Assembly (NCBI GenBank): GCA_023231065.1
Contig: JALNWE010000008.1
Coordinates: 3,308 to 67,307 of the forward strand
Reading direction: 5' to 3'
From: Bacteroidales bacterium
GTDB lineage: Bacteria > Bacteroidota > Bacteroidia > Bacteroidales > FEN-979
DNA: 64,000 nucleotides
In this document: positions 36,082 through 45,482 of the stretch, piece after piece
How the letters are laid out: every line of letters begins with the position of its first letter
Numbering within the stretch: the first letter of the stretch is position 1
Notes under the pieces: generated by a model
Seen by the model: the letters and a program-made list of their open reading frames with translations, nothing else
The model's database searches: none
Told to the model about the DNA's origin: nothing
Position numbers and translations under genes: made by a program

Positions 36082-37791
36082 ATGAAAAAATTCTTTATCC
36101 TTTTTCTTGGTTTATTGTTGGTCTTTATATTTCAAACGGAGGCTTTTGCACAGAATAAAACGGTTGTGCTTGGAGAAAAGGCGCTTTTGCACCATGAAAC
36201 GCCCGATGATCCATATCTCCCGCCTCCTGCCCTTAAAATGGCCTCGCCCGGGTATCACTATAAGAGTTCGGAATTCTTTACGGTACAGGTCAATGTTGAT
36301 TCAGAAGGGAATAATATTATCGGTGATGCAGCCAATGAACCTTCCATTGCCATTGATCCGACGAATCCCAACAACATGGTCATAGGCTGGCGGCAGTTTG
36401 ATAACGTAAACAGCAATTTCAGACAGGCTGGTTATGGATATACGACCGACGGTGGACTTTCGTGGACATTCCCGGGGAAGATCAATCCTGGTGTTTTCCG
36501 TTCTGATCCGGTACTCGATTTCGATACCGCGGGTAATTTTTATTATAATAGCCTGAATTCAGACAATAGTGTTTATACCTGTAAAGTCTTTAAAAGTATC
36601 AATGGGGGCGCTGACTGGGATGCCGGGGTGAATGCCAAAGGAGGGGATAAACAATGGATGGCTATTGACCGGAGTGGCGGTGTTGGTACGGGAAATATAT
36701 ATTCATCATGGACTTCCTATTACAGTTCGTGTTCACCGGGTTTTTTTACCCGTTCTGTTAACGATGGCGCCAGTTTTCAAAGTTGTACTACCATTCCTGA
36801 CGAACCTTACTGGGGAACCATGACTGTTGGGCCTGACGGGGAATTATATGTAGCCGGGACAAGTTCCGGGTATAATGGAATAATTGTGGCTAAGTCCACC
36901 ACCGCACAAGATCCATCCGGCGCCGTCACCTGGGATTTATCCACACCGGTTGATCTGGATGGTAATATCAGCGGATGGACGCCCATCAACCCGGTCGGGA
37001 TCCTTGGCCAGGCAAATATTGCAGTCGATCGTTCAAACGGCCCGGGCAGGGGAAATGTATATGTGATGGCTTCGGTCGAACGTATTTCAAACAATGATCC
37101 GGCCGATGTCATGTTTGCCAAAAGTACCGATGGCGGTGAGACATGGAGCGCTCCTGTACGGATCAACAACGATAACAATACCACCAAGTATCAATGGTTT
37201 GGGACCATGTCGGTAGCCCCAAACGGCAGGATCGATATTATCTGGGTCGATAACAGGAATGCCCCGACAGGCTCTTATAATTCGGCGCTTTATTACTGTT
37301 ATTCCGATGACCAGGGTGAGACATGGTCTATCAATAAAAAGCTCTCCAACTCATTCAATCCTCACCTGGGCTTTCCTCAACAGGAAAAAATCGGGGACTA
37401 TTACGATATGGAATCGGACGATGCCGGCGCCCATCTTGCCTGGGCCAATACCTTCAACGGGGAACAGGATGTTTATTATACCCACATCATTCCGCAGATC
37501 GTGGGGGTGGAAGAAAATTCGGAAAACCCGGAAATGTTTTCTATTACAAGTTATCCCAACCCGCTCCGCGATAAAGGGACTATCCAATACCAGGTTCCCG
37601 GAGACCAGAGGGTGAAAGTCGTCCTTTGTAACATGGTTGGTGAAGAGATCCTTACCCTTGTAGATAAAGAGCAACAGCCGGGCACCTATACCGTGAATTT
37701 TTCAGGGGAATCCCTCCCGGCCGGGTATTACCTGTGCCGTTTGATGGCCGGATCACAGATCAGGACAGCCAAGATGGTGAAGGTCATGTAA
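36082..37791 (+). CDS. Secreted BNR/Asp-box repeat (sialidase-fold) protein with T9SS C-terminal sorting domain
   Basis: 569 aa with a signal peptide and Asp-box motifs (TTDGGLSWTF, SINGGADWD, STDGGETWS, SDDQGETWS). The CTD is FSITSYPNPLRDKGTIQY...GYYLCRL. Confidence 0.8.
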   Translation: MKKFFILFLGLLLVFIFQTEAFAQNKTVVLGEKALLHHETPDDPYLPPPALKMASPGYHYKSSEFFTVQVNVDSEGNNIIGDAANEPSIAIDPTNPNNMVIGWRQFDNVNSNFRQAGYGYTTDGGLSWTFPGKINPGVFRSDPVLDFDTAGNFYYNSLNSDNSVYTCKVFKSINGGADWDAGVNAKGGDKQWMAIDRSGGVGTGNIYSSWTSYYSSCSPGFFTRSVNDGASFQSCTTIPDEPYWGTMTVGPDGELYVAGTSSGYNGIIVAKSTTAQDPSGAVTWDLSTPVDLDGNISGWTPINPVGILGQANIAVDRSNGPGRGNVYVMASVERISNNDPADVMFAKSTDGGETWSAPVRINNDNNTTKYQWFGTMSVAPNGRIDIIWVDNRNAPTGSYNSALYYCYSDDQGETWSINKKLSNSFNPHLGFPQQEKIGDYYDMESDDAGAHLAWANTFNGEQDVYYTHIIPQIVGVEENSENPEMFSITSYPNPLRDKGTIQYQVPGDQRVKVVLCNMVGEEILTLVDKEQQPGTYTVNFSGESLPAGYYLCRLMAGSQIRTAKMVKVM

Positions 37792-40012
37792 AATCCATCA
37801 CTTTTTCACAGAGGATGGAGGAAACGATCATGGCCAATCGCTTATGGGCAACAGGCATTGAAGAATAGCAAACAATGGGCAAAACCCATTCGAGGAGGGC
37901 TAAGTAGTAAGGGATCGGATCAGGATTTTCCCTGGCGCTGTCGTAAGCATATTTCCTCATTTTCAATGTCAGCGCGGCATTTTTCATCACTTTGCCGCTG
38001 TGCTTCCCGGTATAATTGATTTCAGGAATATCTTTCAAAGTCCCGGCCTGATAAAAGCCGTGAATGAAACGGAGATAATCGGCCAGGTCGCTGTCATTCT
38101 CAAGTGGCGCATTGTCAACCAGGAAAATAGCTTCGAGACGGGCAAAATCGGAGATGATCGATCTGGGTTGTGTTTCAGAGAAGTCGATGAGATAAACATT
38201 CATGTTTTCATCCAGCAGTATATTCTGCATATTCAGGTCGCCATGACAAATCCCGGTGAAATATTCCATACCCCGTTCACGGCGCCGGGAAAACTCATGT
38301 TTCAGAAACCAATATGGATTCAGGATTGGTTGCTTCTTTTCAGGGATGTTCAGGTATTTTTCATCGGATGAAACAGAAAATAAATCATGGACTGTTTGAT
38401 AGATATAAGGGAAAAATGTAAAGGTCGGGTCGTGGTCCTTAAACGGGAAGATGGTTTTCTTTACAGGCTGTCCATACCAAGGTTTCAGGATTTGCAGAAA
38501 TATCTTGTCGAAAAGCGGTTCAAGGAAAGAAATATCAGAATGTAAATAATAATGAGTCAGCCATTTCAACTGGCTCGATTCGCCACCTATACCGACGAAA
38601 TTGTACCTAAGCGCTCCCGTCTCGCCATAAAATTCTGCGCCCAATACAACCGCGCTGTTGTTAAAAATATATGGAAGTGCATATTTTTTGCATCGTTCCG
38701 ATTCCCTGGTGATCAGGTTCCGGTTGGCGATTTTAAGAACAGTAGGCCTCATTTTCCGGCCTTCATGGTCAAATGAGGCGACCTGAAAGGTTTGCGCCGA
38801 AAACCCACCGTGCAAGGGGTCGATCACCAACTTTGATGAATCGGTATAAAGGAGCCTGGTTAAAAATGCTTTATGGGATTCGAAAATAAATCCGGGTTTT
38901 ATATCGATCGTCAGTCTTTTGGTCCTGGCATCGACGAAATTACCGGCCTGAAACAGCCATATAAATGGATTTTCGAGGATGGTTTCCTGATTGACAGGCT
39001 CAACGGCCAGGATGTTCTCAAAAGTCAAATGCCGCGAAATATCATGGATTGAATTCGTCCGGGTGGAAAGATCCAATTCGGCTAACAAAAAAGTAATCCC
39101 GGTGAAATCTTTTTTTCCTGTATTTTCTGTTAATAATTGTCGAAAATGGATCATCCCGTTATCCCTGACAAGCTCCTGCAAATACTCATTATTTGTCACA
39201 GCCAGGGTCAGGGAAGGCCTGTTTTTATCCGGGTTGGCAATGACCAGGAGAATAACCGAACTTTTCGAAAGGGTATCTTCTTCAAAATACCTGATAACAT
39301 TGTTCAGTTGGCTGAACGTCACCTGGCCGGGTGAGGATGATTTCAGTGAACCGGTCGGGTGGCATCCAAATGACAAGGCTTCACAAACCGGAAACCCGGT
39401 CTTTACCGGATCGGAAGTAATCCTGAAATCAGGATCCGCGGATTGATTTAGCGGTAAAAAGCCGGAACAATTATCGAGAGAAACAAAAAAATCGGAACAA
39501 CCATTTCCGGGTGCTGCGGCATTGGAAAGCGATCCAAACCCAAGGGCATCACCAAGTTCATGATAACCTACTATTTCATTCGTCAGGCATAGTTGTCCTG
39601 TTATTTTATCTTCACCGGTTGAGTGATAGATCCAATGATGATGATCGACGGAAATCTCACTAAGGACCGGTTTGTTTTTTCTACCGGAGTGGATGGCCGC
39701 CAAGGCAGCCCCCACATTGGTAACGAGGTGTAAACCATGATGAAGCCCGGCAATTTCCAGCACGTGAAACACATCCGGAACGACCCCGGCAATATAGAAG
39801 ATGTTCCGGCCTGCCTGTAATTTCTTGTTGGTTTTTAAAAGGATCCGTATTCCTGCACTTGACATATAAGGACAGTCCGACAGATCAAGAATGATATCCT
39901 GACCATTTTCGGGTAAGGCAATCAGGGCGAGATCAAGGTCATTGCTGCTATTGGCATCCAGTTTACCAATGGGTTTAACACAACGGATTTTCTCATCTGT
40001 GATAATGTTCAT
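37784..40012 (-). CDS. STAS-domain / unknown central region / protein-kinase-like (APH/ELK fold) fusion protein
   Basis: 742 aa. The N-terminal ~110 aa fit the anti-sigma-antagonist STAS pattern (ILDLSDCPYMSSAGIRILL...FHVLEIAGL). The C-terminal ~350 aa carry kinase motifs: TVLKIA (Lys), catalytic loop ICHGDLNMQNILL (H at 38243-38245) and YLIDFSE (DFG-like). About 280 central residues are unassigned. The 3' end overlaps the convergent BNR gene by 8 nt. Confidence 0.8.
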   Translation of the reverse strand: MNIITDEKIRCVKPIGKLDANSSNDLDLALIALPENGQDIILDLSDCPYMSSAGIRILLKTNKKLQAGRNIFYIAGVVPDVFHVLEIAGLHHGLHLVTNVGAALAAIHSGRKNKPVLSEISVDHHHWIYHSTGEDKITGQLCLTNEIVGYHELGDALGFGSLSNAAAPGNGCSDFFVSLDNCSGFLPLNQSADPDFRITSDPVKTGFPVCEALSFGCHPTGSLKSSSPGQVTFSQLNNVIRYFEEDTLSKSSVILLVIANPDKNRPSLTLAVTNNEYLQELVRDNGMIHFRQLLTENTGKKDFTGITFLLAELDLSTRTNSIHDISRHLTFENILAVEPVNQETILENPFIWLFQAGNFVDARTKRLTIDIKPGFIFESHKAFLTRLLYTDSSKLVIDPLHGGFSAQTFQVASFDHEGRKMRPTVLKIANRNLITRESERCKKYALPYIFNNSAVVLGAEFYGETGALRYNFVGIGGESSQLKWLTHYYLHSDISFLEPLFDKIFLQILKPWYGQPVKKTIFPFKDHDPTFTFFPYIYQTVHDLFSVSSDEKYLNIPEKKQPILNPYWFLKHEFSRRRERGMEYFTGICHGDLNMQNILLDENMNVYLIDFSETQPRSIISDFARLEAIFLVDNAPLENDSDLADYLRFIHGFYQAGTLKDIPEINYTGKHSGKVMKNAALTLKMRKYAYDSARENPDPIPYYLALLEWVLPIVCYSSMPVAHKRLAMIVSSILCEKVMDFT

Positions 40013-40050
40013 AGTCGATATAATTATTTAATCTCACCGGGTCAAACCAT

Positions 40051-41442
40051 TTAATGATAGGCAAATAAAATAACCGGAGGGATCAGCAACAAACAACCAA
40101 GGATCAAAAAGATAATCGATAAAGGAAGCATAAAACGGAGCCATTTATCATACGGAATATTTCCGATGGCAAGAATGCCCATGGTCACACCGCTGGTTGG
40201 AAAAATATTGGTAAACAACCCATCGCCCAACTGGTATGCCAGCACTGCTGTCTGACGGGAAATGCCGATGAGGTCGCTCAAGGGCGCCATCAGGGGCATC
40301 GTAAGGGCAGCCTGTCCTGATCCGGAAGGGACAAAGAAGTTCATAAAACCCTGGAAAAAGAACATCATCTGGACCGAGACGATTTGTGGAAATTGTCCCA
40401 TGGTTCCGGCGATTCCATTCAGAATGGTATCAATAATTTTTCCATCGGTTGCCACGATCAGCATTCCGCGGGTGAGCCCGATAACCAACGCGGCGGTCAT
40501 CATATCGCGGGCGCCATCCAGAAATGCCCCCACAGTGGTATTGGAGGGCAGGCGGAAAAAAAGCGCTGTCACGATCCCCATGGCAAGGAATAACCCGGCA
40601 ATTTCGTTGATGTACCAATCCCAGACATTGACCCCGATAATGAGCATGACAAGAGTTGCAAAGAAAATAAAAAGGACGAGTTTTCTTTTCAGGGTGAAAG
40701 CAAGATCCTCATTACTATGATAGGCGGTAAGGTCCCTTTTACGGTCCAATTCATAGACGATGCTCCGTTCAGGATTCCGTTCTATTTTCCGAACATACAT
40801 CATGACAAAGGTGATGGCAGCAGTCATCATAATAAGCCATACGATGATCCTGTATTCCCATCCGCTGAAAACCGGGATTTCCGCGATTCCCTGTGCGATC
40901 CCGATAGTGAAAGGGTTGCTGAATGCGCCGGCGAATCCCGATGCAGCCCCGATGAACGGCATAGCGATCCCGGTAAGGGAATCATAACCCATGGCAATGG
41001 CCAGGGGGATCGTGATCAATACGAAAACCATTACCTCCTCACACATACCAAAAGAAGCGCCCCCCAATGAAAACAGGAACATGATGATGGGAATGATAAA
41101 TTTCTTGATGGCCGGATTTTTCCGGGTAGCTTCCAGGATGCTTGCCAATCCCGCATTGATAGCCCCGGTTTTATTGACAATTCCGAATGCGCCACCAATC
41201 AGCAGAACAAAAGCAATGATCTGGGCCGCTGATATCATCCCTTTGATGGGGGCTGTAAATAAGTCTATTAAACCCTGCGGCTTTGAGGCCACGTGATGAT
41301 ATGTCCCCGGAACCACCACCTGGCGGCCATTATACTCATTACGGTCAAACTCACCCGCCGGGATAATCCATGTCAGGATCAGGAAAAGGATCAGGATAAC
41401 AGATACAATAATCAGCGTGTGCGGGATCTTTTTCTTTTCCAT
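40051..41442 (-). CDS. YfcC / DcuC-superfamily anaerobic carrier-type transporter
   Basis: About 463 aa from ATG 41442 (MEKKKIPHTLIIVSV). It is polytopic, with the pattern IAFVLLIGGAFGIVNKTGAI...MFLFSLGGASFGMCEE typical of YfcC-family permeases. A -7 motif at 41479-41486 favours this start over 41481. Confidence 0.82.
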   Translation of the reverse strand: MEKKKIPHTLIIVSVILILFLILTWIIPAGEFDRNEYNGRQVVVPGTYHHVASKPQGLIDLFTAPIKGMISAAQIIAFVLLIGGAFGIVNKTGAINAGLASILEATRKNPAIKKFIIPIIMFLFSLGGASFGMCEEVMVFVLITIPLAIAMGYDSLTGIAMPFIGAASGFAGAFSNPFTIGIAQGIAEIPVFSGWEYRIIVWLIMMTAAITFVMMYVRKIERNPERSIVYELDRKRDLTAYHSNEDLAFTLKRKLVLFIFFATLVMLIIGVNVWDWYINEIAGLFLAMGIVTALFFRLPSNTTVGAFLDGARDMMTAALVIGLTRGMLIVATDGKIIDTILNGIAGTMGQFPQIVSVQMMFFFQGFMNFFVPSGSGQAALTMPLMAPLSDLIGISRQTAVLAYQLGDGLFTNIFPTSGVTMGILAIGNIPYDKWLRFMLPLSIIFLILGCLLLIPPVILFAYH

Positions 41443-41478
41443 TGGAAATTTTGTTAAAGGGAGTAAAAAGAGAATGTA

Positions 41479-41486
41479 CAAATATA
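41479..41486 (-). promoter_or_regulatory. Candidate -7 promoter element (TATATTTG on minus strand)
   Basis: Reverse complement of caaatata. It lies 36 nt upstream of ATG 41442. Confidence 0.35.
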
Positions 41487-41599
41487 TTTTTATTTTTTTA
41501 TTTCGTTATTTTTTGTTTGGATATTTTCGTTTTTATCAGGTTTCTATAATGACCGCGAGGAAACAGGAAAAATTTATTCCAATTTGGTATAGAATGTAA

Positions 41600-41607
41600 T
41601 ATATTTG
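41600..41607 (+). promoter_or_regulatory. Candidate -7 promoter element (TATATTTG)
   Basis: TAnnTTTG match 35 nt upstream of ATG 41643. Confidence 0.4.
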
Positions 41608-41642
41608 TATAAACCAAAGTCAAATTCAAAAACATACACATT

Positions 41643-42740
41643 ATGAAAAAAATTTTACTTCTTCTGGCTGTTATGCTATTATTCATTGCAGATAGCTATT
41701 CCCAGGCATCTTTTAATACCGGGGCCATGGAAATTGCCGTAAATCAATATGGCAGGATCCGGCTTTTTACTCCTGATGGGACAAGGCACCTGCAACGCGC
41801 TTCGATTTTAGTCGGGACGTCGGCAACCTCTGTATTTGATTACACCAATGATGCCGGGGAATTAGAGCCAACGGTATTGGTCAGTAATCCCCTCATAAGC
41901 GATTATGAAATCTATGGCGCCTATGACAACTCTTATTCGTCGTTACCCCCTGCCATCATTGAAAAATTGAATGCTTACGGGTGGAATAACGGCGCTTATG
42001 CCATCATTAAATTGAATGTTAAAAACATTGAAACCTCCAACATCAATGCTTCTATAGGTTTAGACATCATTCCAGAACTAAACCAGGAGTATGGATACGA
42101 TTCTGTCACGTACAACAGCGAAGCAGGTGTTATCTGGTTTCACAGGGGGAACCAGGAAACCATGGGAATGAAGCTCCTCTCTGCATCGTTATCATCCCTT
42201 TACTCTTTTGAATGGTTTACGGATTATTCTACGGATGCCAATTATTGGAATTGGTTAAATCATGGATCATTGCAGTCTGAATATATTTCAACTACGGCTG
42301 ACGGGCCTGTTACCATTACTTCACAGAGTCCCGTTGTCTTAGGTCCAGGGGTGTCCTGTGATGTGTTTTACGCGATGGCGCTCGGGGCCGATGAGGAAAC
42401 TATGCTGGCCAACATTGCCGCGGCGGAACAAAAGTATTATATCATCACCGGAGTTGAGGATAAAGAACTTTCGGCCAATGAACTAAATCTCGGTCAAAAT
42501 TCCCCCAATCCTTTTAATCAATCGACAACTATCCGTTATCAGCTTCCGGATAATGGGTTTGTAAGTTTAAAGGTATATAATTCCATCGGGAACGAAGTAG
42601 CCACACTGGTCAATACAAAACAGACAAAAGGATCCTACACCGTTCATTTCGATGCCAGTGGTTTATCTGGCGGAATGTATTATTACAAGCTTAGTTGTAA
42701 CGACATGGTCAAGTCAAATAAAATGTTGCTGGTTAAATAA
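41643..42740 (+). CDS. Secreted hypothetical protein with T9SS C-terminal sorting domain
   Basis: 365 aa with a signal peptide (LLLLAVMLLFIADSYSQA). The CTD is LGQNSPNPFNQSTTIRYQLPDNGFVSLKVYN...GMYYYKL. The N-terminal ~270 aa are unrecognised. Confidence 0.7.
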   Translation: MKKILLLLAVMLLFIADSYSQASFNTGAMEIAVNQYGRIRLFTPDGTRHLQRASILVGTSATSVFDYTNDAGELEPTVLVSNPLISDYEIYGAYDNSYSSLPPAIIEKLNAYGWNNGAYAIIKLNVKNIETSNINASIGLDIIPELNQEYGYDSVTYNSEAGVIWFHRGNQETMGMKLLSASLSSLYSFEWFTDYSTDANYWNWLNHGSLQSEYISTTADGPVTITSQSPVVLGPGVSCDVFYAMALGADEETMLANIAAAEQKYYIITGVEDKELSANELNLGQNSPNPFNQSTTIRYQLPDNGFVSLKVYNSIGNEVATLVNTKQTKGSYTVHFDASGLSGGMYYYKLSCNDMVKSNKMLLVK

Positions 42741-42827
42741 TTTCTCCGGCCCATGGCATTGATCTTGCATTCCAGTAAGGTTTAATAGCTTTCTCTATCA
42801 TCTCACACGGGAAGGGAAAAATGCATC

Positions 42828-42864
42828 AAAAAGGAGGCTGCTCGTTAGGCAGCCTCCTTTTCTT
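42828..42864. terminator. Bidirectional rho-independent terminator
   Basis: ggaggctgc (42833-42841) pairs with gcagcctcc (42849-42857) around a 7-nt loop. It is flanked by an A-run upstream and a T-run downstream, between convergent genes. Confidence 0.75.
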
Positions 42865-42875
42865 AGAAATATGGT

Positions 42876-44099
42876 TTATAGTTTGATCCAAACCACTGTC
42901 ATGGCATGGGGGCTGACATTGGTGATCCAATCTTCAGGGTTTGATCCATCCAGGTTAGCCCGGATGATCTTCCCATCGGGATTTGAGTTGGAATTTTTAA
43001 CTCCCCAGAAGAGTTTGTTATGCGTTTCATCAAGGGTTATTCCCCAGGTAGCTTTGAGACCATAATCGCCGATCTTTGTGAAACCAGTTCCATCCAAATT
43101 ACACATAAAAACCCCATTTTCAGGGGCAACAGTCCCGTCTGAACCATACAGTACAAGATAAGCTTTCCCGCTCCGGAAATCTATTTCCATGGCAGTTCCG
43201 TCCACATCGGAGGTCCCTGTAGCATCGAAGGTTATCTTGGTAAAATTCGTTCCATCAAAATTCACGGACCAAAACCCACCCAGGTAATCTGTTTTATCAT
43301 TTACCAGATAAATTTTATTGGTGGAGGGATCGTATTGCATATCAATCGGAAATTCGGGCTCGTTGTCGCCACCATGCATAGCGATGAATTCTTCAGGATT
43401 GGAACCGTCGAGGTTAGCCCTGTAAATACCACCGGTGCGTCCCCAGTATATTTTATCCCCCAAAACAAAGATGGCTTCGGCATCGCCCACGAGTTCCTGT
43501 CCGGGAACAGTGGCATCCAGGATTTTCTCGGGATTTGTTCCATCGGCATTATATCGGTAGATAGCCTGATTGGAAAAATCCGTTATATACACTTTCTTAT
43601 GAGCAGTATCGACAGCAATTCCATAAGGCCTTGACAAATCGGTAGCTACAAAATCCTGCTGTAACGGTGGCGCATCGTCCAGAATGACCATGTGCCCATT
43701 TCCGGGATTTCCCCTTGTTGTAAAGTACAGAACCTGTGAAAGACCTGCCAATGGATCCTTAACATTGACGACCATGGTCTTTACTGCCTGGTTATAATAG
43801 ACGGAATTGACAGGTGCACAGGTAAGCTTTACCGTGTATAAGCCAGGGGTTGTATAATTAGCGACCGGGTTGGTTTCAGTGGAAGTTTGACCGTTTCCAA
43901 AATCCCAGGAATAGCTCAATGCGTTTAATGAGGCATTGGTAAAAGTGACTTCACACGGGGCATATCCCTGGTTGGATATCGCGTAACTGAAATCGGCCAC
44001 GGTACTTGCAGCAGGGGTGCCCATATCCTTTTCTTTGCATCCTGTTGCTGCGGTCATTATAAGCAGGATACAGATGAGATAAAAATAGTTTCTTTTCAT
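42876..44099 (-). CDS. Surface lipoprotein with PKD domain and YWTD-type six-bladed beta-propeller repeats (SusE/F-position binding-protein candidate)
   Basis: 407 aa with a lipobox (IMTAATGCKE). The PKD domain reads ADFSYAI...VTFTNAS...YSWDFGNGQTS...PGLYTVKLT. Repeated blades are present (KKVYITDFSNQAIYRYNADGTNPE, DKIYWGRTGGIYRANLDGSNPE, NKIYLVND, NKLFWGV...IIRANLDGSNPE). It is the last gene of the cphE-susC-susD operon. Confidence 0.8.
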   Translation of the reverse strand: MKRNYFYLICILLIMTAATGCKEKDMGTPAASTVADFSYAISNQGYAPCEVTFTNASLNALSYSWDFGNGQTSTETNPVANYTTPGLYTVKLTCAPVNSVYYNQAVKTMVVNVKDPLAGLSQVLYFTTRGNPGNGHMVILDDAPPLQQDFVATDLSRPYGIAVDTAHKKVYITDFSNQAIYRYNADGTNPEKILDATVPGQELVGDAEAIFVLGDKIYWGRTGGIYRANLDGSNPEEFIAMHGGDNEPEFPIDMQYDPSTNKIYLVNDKTDYLGGFWSVNFDGTNFTKITFDATGTSDVDGTAMEIDFRSGKAYLVLYGSDGTVAPENGVFMCNLDGTGFTKIGDYGLKATWGITLDETHNKLFWGVKNSNSNPDGKIIRANLDGSNPEDWITNVSPHAMTVVWIKL

Positions 44100-44129
44100 A
44101 TATTGCTACTTTAACAGGTTTGAAAATGA

Positions 44130-45464
44130 TCAATAACCGGGATTTTGGGTCATCAGTTTGTTGGTCTGCAACTCGCTGAGCGGTATCGGGAAGAGGGTAT
44201 ATTTTTCATCAATTCCCAGGATAGTGGTCGCTCTTTTTGTTCTTATAAGGTCGGACCACCTTTGGCTTTCAAAAGCGAATTCATGCCGGCGTTCGCTTTC
44301 AATGGCCAGTTTAAGTTCAGGATAGTCGGTTGCTGTTGTGGGGTCAAGCCCAGCCCTGGCGCGCAATATATTAATATCATTCCTGATATCTTCAATATTC
44401 CCGTTTGTATAGGCGCGGGCTTCAGCGCGGATCATATACATCTCGGCCAGGCGGAGCACATAAACCCGGTCAGTCCCTGATACGATATCCTTGTATTTGA
44501 TCCCGTAAGGCAGGTTATTTTCATCAAAAGTTATGGAGGTATTGAACCGGGTGGTATCGTTCGTTTGAAAAAGCTGAACAAATTCGTTGGTCGGGGAAAC
44601 TTCATATCGGCCGGTCAGGCTGACAGGGAAGAAATACTGGGCCAGACGGTTATAGTTCTGAGCATCGAAGATTACTTCGAAAATGGATTCCGTGGTATTC
44701 CCGTTGAACAGGTCAGCAAAGGCAGGCGCCATGATGTACCCCCCTTCGTTGATCACCTTGTCGGCTTTCGTTATGGCCAGGGCGGCGATGGCGGGGTCGC
44801 TGGTGTACTGGAATTGTGACAGATAGACCCTTGCCAGTAAAGCCGTCGCGCTGAAAGAGCTGGCGCGGCCCAGGGAGCGGGTTGAAGGCAGCAATTCTTC
44901 AGCCTCCAGCAAATCAGAGATAATCTGGGTATAGACTTCAGGAACCGTGTTCCGGGCCTGGTCAATCGTACTCAGATCAAGCGTTGGTTGTGTTTTGATG
45001 GGAATTCCGCCAAAGAGGGCCAGCAGGTTGAAATGCGACAAGGCCCGAAGGAAAAGCCCGTCCCCTGTATAGAGGTTCCTTTCATCGGTTGTCATATCAA
45101 TACCGTCAATCCTTGCCAGCACATTGTTGACCCGGTTGATGCAATCGTAATTGGAAGACCAGATACCATCGATGATCCCATTATCGGCTGCGATCTCATT
45201 GTCGGCAATCTGGAGATAATCGCGGGTTGTCCCGGTCCACGCCAGGTTATCGGCAGCAAGATCTTCAACGATGACGAAGTTGCGTGCGTAATTACCAACA
45301 TCATGCAGGGAATAATAAGCCCCCGTGATGGCTTTGTCCACTCCTGACTTATCACTGATAGCCTGATCGGCCGATATCGATTCGGTGGGCTCGATATTCA
45401 GCATTTTGGTGCAGGAGATCGTCGCAAATGCGAAAACAATCAGTATGAATAATATTTTTTTCAT
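44130..45464 (-). CDS. susD: SusD/RagB-family outer-membrane nutrient-binding lipoprotein
   Basis: 444 aa with a lipoprotein signal (FAFATISCTK). It has the characteristic helical TPR-like N-half and C-terminal motifs (ERRHEFAFESQRWSDLIR, FPIPLSELQTN). It starts 18 nt after the susC stop. Confidence 0.9.
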   Translation of the reverse strand: MKKILFILIVFAFATISCTKMLNIEPTESISADQAISDKSGVDKAITGAYYSLHDVGNYARNFVIVEDLAADNLAWTGTTRDYLQIADNEIAADNGIIDGIWSSNYDCINRVNNVLARIDGIDMTTDERNLYTGDGLFLRALSHFNLLALFGGIPIKTQPTLDLSTIDQARNTVPEVYTQIISDLLEAEELLPSTRSLGRASSFSATALLARVYLSQFQYTSDPAIAALAITKADKVINEGGYIMAPAFADLFNGNTTESIFEVIFDAQNYNRLAQYFFPVSLTGRYEVSPTNEFVQLFQTNDTTRFNTSITFDENNLPYGIKYKDIVSGTDRVYVLRLAEMYMIRAEARAYTNGNIEDIRNDINILRARAGLDPTTATDYPELKLAIESERRHEFAFESQRWSDLIRTKRATTILGIDEKYTLFPIPLSELQTNKLMTQNPGY

Positions 45465-45482
45465 TTTTTTCAGAATTAAAGG

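Noticed and set aside
41443-41481. Longer start (41481) for the YfcC-family transporter
   Set aside because: That ATG lies inside the candidate -7 promoter motif (41479-41486). The Lys-rich MEKKKIP start at 41442 fits a normal membrane-protein N-terminus.
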